Source: an uncultured virus (IMG/VR IMGVR_UViG_3300030329_003290)
Taxonomy: Duplodnaviria > Heunggongvirae > Uroviricota > Caudoviricetes
IMG/VR virus record: IMGVR_UViG_3300030329_003290
Strand: one strand, 5' to 3'
DNA length: 64,000 nucleotides
Translations under genes and position numbers: made by a program
Part shown: piece after piece, positions 58,595-64,000 of the stretch
Layout: each line of letters begins with the position of its first letter
Numbering within the stretch: position 1 is the first letter of the stretch
The notes under the pieces: generated by a model
Databases searched by the model: none
Seen by the model: only the letters and a program-made list of their open reading frames with translations
Told to the model about the DNA's origin: nothing

Positions 58595-59214
58595 TAGTCT
58601 TTTATTTCATTTTTAGCTTTGTAGTTTCTGTCCACATAATTGAAAAAATCTTTTTTATCAGAATCACTCAAATCTTCAATATCAGTTACATTGAATTTCT
58701 GCATAGCTTTTTTGAAAAATGCTTTGTAATCATCTTCTTCTCTAAACATCATTTTATCAGCTTCGTCTACATTTTCTGCATCATCATTTGAAGCATCTGC
58801 TTCACCTATAGTATAATACCTACCTAAAATATGCCCCATATCTTCATATAAACCGCTCATTCTTTCTTGTAGTGAATTAGCTTCCATAGCAACTTTACCA
58901 AATTGTTTAGATAAATTTGTAAGTTCTTTCATATTACGACTAACTGTAACTTTATCAAACATATCGTCTACCTCTGAAAGAGTGTGTTGGGCAGCACCCT
59001 CAGCAATCGATGATAACGATTCTGCTACTTCTTTCAAGCTACCTTTACCATAAATAGATTCTCCTAATGAACCATAATTATTTATTTGTGATACTAGCTC
59101 TTTTACATTAATCTGTGGTGCTTGTTCTTCCTTTTTTATCCAAGGACTTCTAGAAATCATTCCACCTTGAGTAGTTATTTCATTCAATAAATCTTTTAGT
59201 TTTATGTTAGCCAT
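58594..59214 (-). CDS. Putative head-internal / core protein (IKLKDLLNE leader)
   Basis: MANIKLKDLLNE; C-terminal EEDDYKAFFKKAMQKF...KKDFFNYVD acidic-aromatic module. Confidence 0.55.
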   Translation of the reverse strand: MANIKLKDLLNEITTQGGMISRSPWIKKEEQAPQINVKELVSQINNYGSLGESIYGKGSLKEVAESLSSIAEGAAQHTLSEVDDMFDKVTVSRNMKELTNLSKQFGKVAMEANSLQERMSGLYEDMGHILGRYYTIGEADASNDDAENVDEADKMMFREEDDYKAFFKKAMQKFNVTDIEDLSDSDKKDFFNYVDRNYKAKNEIKD

Positions 59215-59239
59215 AATTTTTCTCCTTAGATATAAATAT

Positions 59240-59608
59240 CTATTTTCTTAATTTTCCTTTCGGCATATATCTTCTAAATCCTTTTCGTACTTTTCTCCAT
59301 AGCATTTTCATAAAAGGTCTTTCCCCCTCATGTGTTCTATTCCAAGCACCAGTTTCAATACCTCTGATGATATCTAAAGCATCATATTTACCACCCTTTA
59401 CACCATCCATCATAATCTTAATACATTGTTGTGAAGCCTTACCTAAAAGATTTGACATTTTTTTTACATCAGCATCCATATGTGATTTTGCTTCAGGATT
59501 ACTATATTTTGCTGGTGTAGTTAAATCTTCAATTACTGGTATATTATATTTCTTTTTCCTACGCAGTAAATCAATATCTTCAGATATAATGTTCTTTAGT
59601 TTTATCAT
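59240..59608 (-). CDS. Putative head-internal protein (IKLKNIISE leader)
   Basis: N-terminus MIKLKNIISED. Confidence 0.55.
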   Translation of the reverse strand: MIKLKNIISEDIDLLRRKKKYNIPVIEDLTTPAKYSNPEAKSHMDADVKKMSNLLGKASQQCIKIMMDGVKGGKYDALDIIRGIETGAWNRTHEGERPFMKMLWRKVRKGFRRYMPKGKLRK

Positions 59609-60975
59609 TTTACAAACTTAAATGCCACAGATTGCATCTTCAACAAGCCCAATTTAGAAAATTTGTTTTTATTAGATGTGTTTAGAGCATCATATACTTG
59701 TACAATAGCTGAAGCTGAATAACCATCTACTCTCATTTTTCTACCACTTTTAGGATCTTTAATGACTTTGTTCTGTTTATTCTTTACAATGTCTCTAAGT
59801 TTAGCAATTATATCTGGATCTTTAGCCTCATTTACGGATTCTTTATATCTCAAATCTCTCTGTATAGTCCAATCTAAATCATTATAAATATCATAAATAT
59901 TACCAACTAATTTTCTAGCTAACTTTCTATCATCTTTCTTCGCAGCTGCAACTACATTTTTTAGAACTTTTGCCAGTTCTTTTGCTTGTTTTTGAACTTT
60001 CGGATGATTAATAGCTTCATTTACGGATTCGTTATATTTTCTAAGTGCATCTTGAACATCATTATGTCTTGACATACCAGGAAAGAACTTCTCAATAGCT
60101 TTTACAGCACCAGTCATGTTACCACTCATCTTCTTAGCTATCTTAATTGCTTTATCAACCTTTGACTTTGGAAACAATGAACTAAGAAAATCCCCTTTTT
60201 TCTCATTTATATTTTCACCCAATACCTTTTTGACATATGACCAAGTATCTCCCCACCAATCTTGAGCCGGGCCGTGACCAGGTATTTGTATTCTTCTTAC
60301 CCAAGGGTCTGGATAAGCACCTTTCATATCTTTGTTAGCCCACTTTTCAAGATAATCTACAATACCCTTTTCTCTTTGTTTATCATTTTGTCCCTTTTTT
60401 ACAAATCCTCTCTTCTTTGCCATTTGTGCAAATTTCATTGAAGCTTCTTTTACTACAGTTTCATGTAGTTTTTGTCTTTTTTGCCATTGAATAACAAATT
60501 CTACCCAATGTTTTTTATAGATTTTCATCAAATCCATAGCCTTTTTTCTATTACCTGCATTACCAAGATACTTTATAACACCTTTTATGTCCTTATCAAA
60601 TTTTGCTATGTAGGAATTAGCTAAGTTTCTTTGTTGAAGATTTGCCATATCTTCACCTTTAGCTTCTTTTTTCAATCGACTTTTTTCAGCTCTTCCTCTA
60701 TTTTTAGATTGTGCTTCAAATCCCACGATTTTTCCTCCCTTGTGTGATGCATCCTTTCCATCACCATTTCCATAAGTACCTTTCTTACGATTGTACTTAT
60801 TTAATTCTGCTCTGTATTTTTTAGCCTTTGTAGAAGATTGAAATTTTTTGTATTCGTCTTTATAATCTCTTTCTTTCTTTTCCTCTACAGCTTCCTTTTT
60901 CTTTTCCCACTTTTTAGCCATTTTAGGTTTGTTAGCATGCATCCATCTTCTCTGCTTTTCCGACTTGAATGGCAT
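59605..60975 (-). CDS. Basic multi-module protein, putative polyprotein with an HNH-like module
   Basis: Modules separated by EAVEE, ETVVKE, ENINE and ESVNE (twice); GDGKDASHKGG...SKNRGR HNH-like segment. Confidence 0.55.
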   Translation of the reverse strand: MPFKSEKQRRWMHANKPKMAKKWEKKKEAVEEKKERDYKDEYKKFQSSTKAKKYRAELNKYNRKKGTYGNGDGKDASHKGGKIVGFEAQSKNRGRAEKSRLKKEAKGEDMANLQQRNLANSYIAKFDKDIKGVIKYLGNAGNRKKAMDLMKIYKKHWVEFVIQWQKRQKLHETVVKEASMKFAQMAKKRGFVKKGQNDKQREKGIVDYLEKWANKDMKGAYPDPWVRRIQIPGHGPAQDWWGDTWSYVKKVLGENINEKKGDFLSSLFPKSKVDKAIKIAKKMSGNMTGAVKAIEKFFPGMSRHNDVQDALRKYNESVNEAINHPKVQKQAKELAKVLKNVVAAAKKDDRKLARKLVGNIYDIYNDLDWTIQRDLRYKESVNEAKDPDIIAKLRDIVKNKQNKVIKDPKSGRKMRVDGYSASAIVQVYDALNTSNKNKFSKLGLLKMQSVAFKFVK

Positions 60976-61190
60976 TAATTTATCTTATCTAAAATTCTTT
61001 TAATTTGTTTTAGAGACTTAGCAGTACCTTGAGCATTTTGGAATACAGCATAGTCCTCTCCAACTTTTACCAACTCATCAATTTGGTCTCTCAAATCATA
61101 CTTCATCTGTCTCCATACCTTAGAAGTTATTTTATCCTCTGGCACCACTTTGATATTGCCTTCATTCAATAAATCTTTTAGTTTTATCAT
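60975..61190 (-). CDS. Putative head-internal protein (IKLKDLLNE leader)
   Basis: MIKLKDLLNEG, immediately downstream of the prohead protease. Confidence 0.55.
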   Translation of the reverse strand: MIKLKDLLNEGNIKVVPEDKITSKVWRQMKYDLRDQIDELVKVGEDYAVFQNAQGTAKSLKQIKRILDKIN

Positions 61191-61193
61191 CGG

Positions 61194-61796
61194 TTATCCC
61201 CTAAGTATATCGTTAATTACAGCTTCAACTTTTCCGTATTTACCATCTCTAATAGATATTTTTTTATCAACACTTTCATTCATTGGATAAAGAAAAGCAC
61301 CGTGTGTAGATGGATTAGAAACGAAATCAAATGCAATTAGTTCGAAATCTTGACCTACTTTTTGACCATCTCCCTCTTGCATCGGTTCAACAGAACCCAT
61401 GCCACGAGAACTAATACCAAGTTTGATACCATTTTTGAATAACTCTCTTAGTATATTGCCACTTGGCGTAGTAAGTATTTCTACTGTGCCAACTAAATCA
61501 TCACCATTCCAACTCATTTCTGTTACATTATGAGATACATTCTGTAAATTGACTACAGAACTTTCAGGATGGTCTAATTCACCCATAGCTCTTTTCTGAG
61601 TTACGAAATTACTTGAATACTTTTTAGCTTCACGCATTAGTATTTCTTTTGGATATACTCTACCATTTTGATTTCTAGTATCTGCTCTTTGCAAAACACC
61701 TTTGACAACTAACTTTCCGTTGTTCTCTTTCATAGCCTCACTTATTTGGTGTGGCTGTATTTCAAATGGTATGTAGTCTACTATTAATTGTTTCAT
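61194..61796 (-). CDS. Prohead core protease (T4 gp21-like)
   Basis: GVLQRADTRNQNGRVYP, GELDHP, VSH, LTTPSG, LGISSRGMGS, FDFVSNPSTHGA. Confidence 0.95.
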   Translation of the reverse strand: MKQLIVDYIPFEIQPHQISEAMKENNGKLVVKGVLQRADTRNQNGRVYPKEILMREAKKYSSNFVTQKRAMGELDHPESSVVNLQNVSHNVTEMSWNGDDLVGTVEILTTPSGNILRELFKNGIKLGISSRGMGSVEPMQEGDGQKVGQDFELIAFDFVSNPSTHGAFLYPMNESVDKKISIRDGKYGKVEAVINDILRG

Positions 61797-62521
61797 TTTA
61801 GACTCCTAAATGTTCTATCATAAATTTCTTTGAAAATACGAGGATTAGATTCTTTTGATTCTTTTATTGGTTTATATTGTTTTCCATTGAGTGTGATTGT
61901 TTCGACATATACACCTAACTCCTGACCTTTTTCTTCATACGCATCACGCACCTTTTTATATTTTTCATATTCTTTTAATGCCTGTGTAGCTCTATCTGAT
62001 AAATATTCTGCTTCTTCTTCATCATCATCAAAAGCTGCATCTGTTGCATCTCTTTCTGCAGCTTCATAAGCATCTCTTGCCTTTTCAAACATAGACTCTA
62101 CTTCAGTCATTTCCTTATCCCAATCTTCTTCATTTGTAGGTAGACCATTTTCATCTCTTTCTGCATCACGAGGTGGATTGAAATCTTGTAAGATTGTATC
62201 TTTTGTTTCCTGATCAACTTTGACATCAGATGTGGGGATTCCTTTTCCAACTTTATATTTGACGGGTTCAACATCACCTTCTTCACCATCCCTTTCAAAA
62301 TCACTGCCACCTAATTTAGCACCAGAATCCTTTTCACTATCATCACCTTTGTCGGCAATTTTATCATAAGCAATTTTTGCTGGATGTTCTTTATCCATCT
62401 TTTTAGCAGAACTAGCTTTCATCTCTTTAGACTCACCATCTTTATTTTTATACTTGATGATTTTATCATCATCGACATCAGCTTCAGTTATATTATGTGC
62501 AATTTCTAATAGTGAAATCAT
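61793..62521 (-). CDS. Acidic putative head-internal protein
   Basis: MISLLEIAHNITEA leader; shares a DDDKII.Y...SDFERD module with ORF 15541-17751. Confidence 0.55.
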   Translation of the reverse strand: MISLLEIAHNITEADVDDDKIIKYKNKDGESKEMKASSAKKMDKEHPAKIAYDKIADKGDDSEKDSGAKLGGSDFERDGEEGDVEPVKYKVGKGIPTSDVKVDQETKDTILQDFNPPRDAERDENGLPTNEEDWDKEMTEVESMFEKARDAYEAAERDATDAAFDDDEEEAEYLSDRATQALKEYEKYKKVRDAYEEKGQELGVYVETITLNGKQYKPIKESKESNPRIFKEIYDRTFRSLK

Positions 62522-62706
62522 TTATCTTTCTCCATCATTATTTCGTGTCTAAGACTTTCTAAGTGTTCTATCCACTGTCCAAGTCTCTTCAACATATAAT
62601 TCTTTGACACATCCTTTTTCTGTATCTCAACCTGCCATCTTTTTAGCAAAGTCGAAATACTGAACAGTGTGTCCATATAAGACTTCTTTTTATCCTCGAA
62701 GGGCAT
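62518..62706 (-). CDS. Small hypothetical protein
   Basis: Likely start MPFEDKKK at 62706 after AAGGA; ATGA-coupled to the next gene. Confidence 0.55.
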   Translation of the reverse strand: MPFEDKKKSYMDTLFSISTLLKRWQVEIQKKDVSKNYMLKRLGQWIEHLESLRHEIMMEKDK

Positions 62707-62716
62707 ATCCAGTTCC

Positions 62717-63436
62717 TTACTGTAACCGACCAACTTTGTTTGCTAGTTTTACTAACCTCTCGCTAATTTTATGTAAAGCCTTATGTGTATTTTTCCAATA
62801 TGACCCTGAATCGACATTCAATTCATTTTTTAATCTTACATTCATATCAATGAGTTTATTCAATTCTGTTAGAGCATTTCTAACTTCTCTCATTGAACGA
62901 CCAATTTTTTGTTTTGGTGTTAGGGATTCATCATTTCTATAATCGTGATATTTTCCTTCCATCACCCAACCCGCTTTATCTGGCAAATTTCTAAATTTAT
63001 CTCCTTGTTTGAGTAAATCCATTATGTTTCTCATTTGACTCATATGACCATTAAGCATAGGTTTTCCAATTTTCTTTCTTATTGCGTGTGCCCAAGCTCT
63101 TTTATTTTTATCGGGAACTGGCTTATGTTTTTTCATAAATTTTACAAGATCTTGATAGTGTTCTACAAATGCACCTAAGTTTAAATCATATTCTTTTTCC
63201 CAAGAATTATCTGTTCCAAAATCTTTGTATGGGTCTAAGTCTTCTTTTACATAAGAGTATCCAGTAGAACCTAAATCTCTTTTCTTTTTCTTCTTTTTGT
63301 CTTTTTCTGGATCTGAAAAAGCATATGGTGTATTATATCCTGGCACATTAGCAGTTACAGAAGCCTCTTCTAAAGAATTTATTTCATCAAGAAGCATTTC
63401 TTGAATTCGTTCTCTTAGTTTACTTTCTAGAGACAT
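62717..63436 (-). CDS. Hypothetical head-region protein
   Basis: SLEE/ASVTANVPGYNTPYAF and C-terminal TPKQKIG...YWKNT..AL.KISERL; located in the head gene cluster. Confidence 0.6.
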   Translation of the reverse strand: MSLESKLRERIQEMLLDEINSLEEASVTANVPGYNTPYAFSDPEKDKKKKKKRDLGSTGYSYVKEDLDPYKDFGTDNSWEKEYDLNLGAFVEHYQDLVKFMKKHKPVPDKNKRAWAHAIRKKIGKPMLNGHMSQMRNIMDLLKQGDKFRNLPDKAGWVMEGKYHDYRNDESLTPKQKIGRSMREVRNALTELNKLIDMNVRLKNELNVDSGSYWKNTHKALHKISERLVKLANKVGRLQ

Positions 63437-64000
63437 TTTTTAACTCCTTTAGCAACTGATAGTACCTCATTAAAGTAATAACTTGGTTATCCTCAACAAT
63501 TCTACCCCTAAGAAGTTTATCAGATTGTTTGATTGCTTCTTTTAGTTTTATTGATGTAACCTCGTCATCTATAGTGGGCAAAAACGATTGGAGTTGTTTT
63601 TTTACTTTTATAGACTCTTTTTCAATAAATTCTTTTAGTGAATTGGTGTTAGAAATATTATTTATATATCTTCTCAATAAACCTTTTTGTAATCCACTCA
63701 AAGTTTTATATTTATTATTAAATTTTTCTACTAATACTTGATAAGTAAGTAGTCTAAGGTCTTGTTCAGATTTCTTATAATTTTCTATAGTTCTATTTGA
63801 AGACTTTTTAGACTTAGGTTTTTTATCTGTAATAGATTCAATTATTGTAAATTTGGCATCAGTTTCAGCTGAAGGATCGGATGTAGTTAATGACTCAAAT
63901 AACTTATATATAGAAGCATAAAGCTTATAATTTGAAAGTCTTGCCATAAAAAAGTCATTAATTTCATAAGAATTTCTAATTTCGTTTACTAAATTATATT
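63420..64000 (-). CDS. Conserved-looking head-region protein, N-terminus beyond window edge
   Basis: Frame is open to the window end (YNLVNEIRNSYEINDFFMARL...); NYKLYASIYKLFE, VEKFNNKY, LMRYYQLLKEL. Confidence 0.65.
   Translation of the reverse strand, partial: YNLVNEIRNSYEINDFFMARLSNYKLYASIYKLFESLTTSDPSAETDAKFTIIESITDKKPKSKKSSNRTIENYKKSEQDLRLLTYQVLVEKFNNKYKTLSGLQKGLLRRYINNISNTNSLKEFIEKESIKVKKQLQSFLPTIDDEVTSIKLKEAIKQSDKLLRGRIVEDNQVITLMRYYQLLKELKNVSRK

Noticed and set aside
1685..63741. Plus-strand ORFs in the track (for example 57015-57713, 31257-31739)
   Set aside because: All lie antisense to well-supported minus-strand genes and have low-complexity mirror composition.
1..64000. Stop-codon reassignment, as found in some large phages
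   Set aside because: Core genes are full length under code 11, and TAA, TAG and TGA all serve as stops at sensible gene ends.

Overview
This window is an AT-rich segment of a large T4-like (far-T4 / 'huge phage'-type) myovirus genome. Essentially every real gene is on the minus strand and uses the standard genetic code. In transcription order (right to left) it carries the following. (1) Head module: a cluster of putative head-internal proteins sharing an 'IKLKDLLNE' leader, the prohead protease, a phage-encoded ribosomal protein bS21, scaffold and major capsid protein. (2) Neck and tail-completion proteins. (3) Fibre genes, including a 2271-aa, almost proline-free collagen-like fibre with a C-terminal S74 chaperone. 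(4) A cassette of 2OG-Fe(II) oxygenases, a glycosidase-like propeller and a TPR/radical-SAM fusion. (5) Tail sheath, tube, tail chaperone, tape-measure and baseplate genes. (6) Replication module: ThyX, a PolA-like protein, an HNH protein, SSB, RecA/UvsX, RNase H, helicase, class II RNR, PolB, sliding clamp and a Mom-like DNA-modification enzyme. Glutamine synthetase II, a TonB-dependent receptor and a lipoprotein are inserted in this module. The most interesting candidate systems are a putative virion-modification system ([ST]-[GAS]-S motifs in structural proteins, Thr-rich collagen, adjacent modifying enzymes) and a protease-processed capsid-cargo/polyprotein system that includes a Cas9-like HNH nuclease. 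All calls are by motif recognition only; no searches were run.
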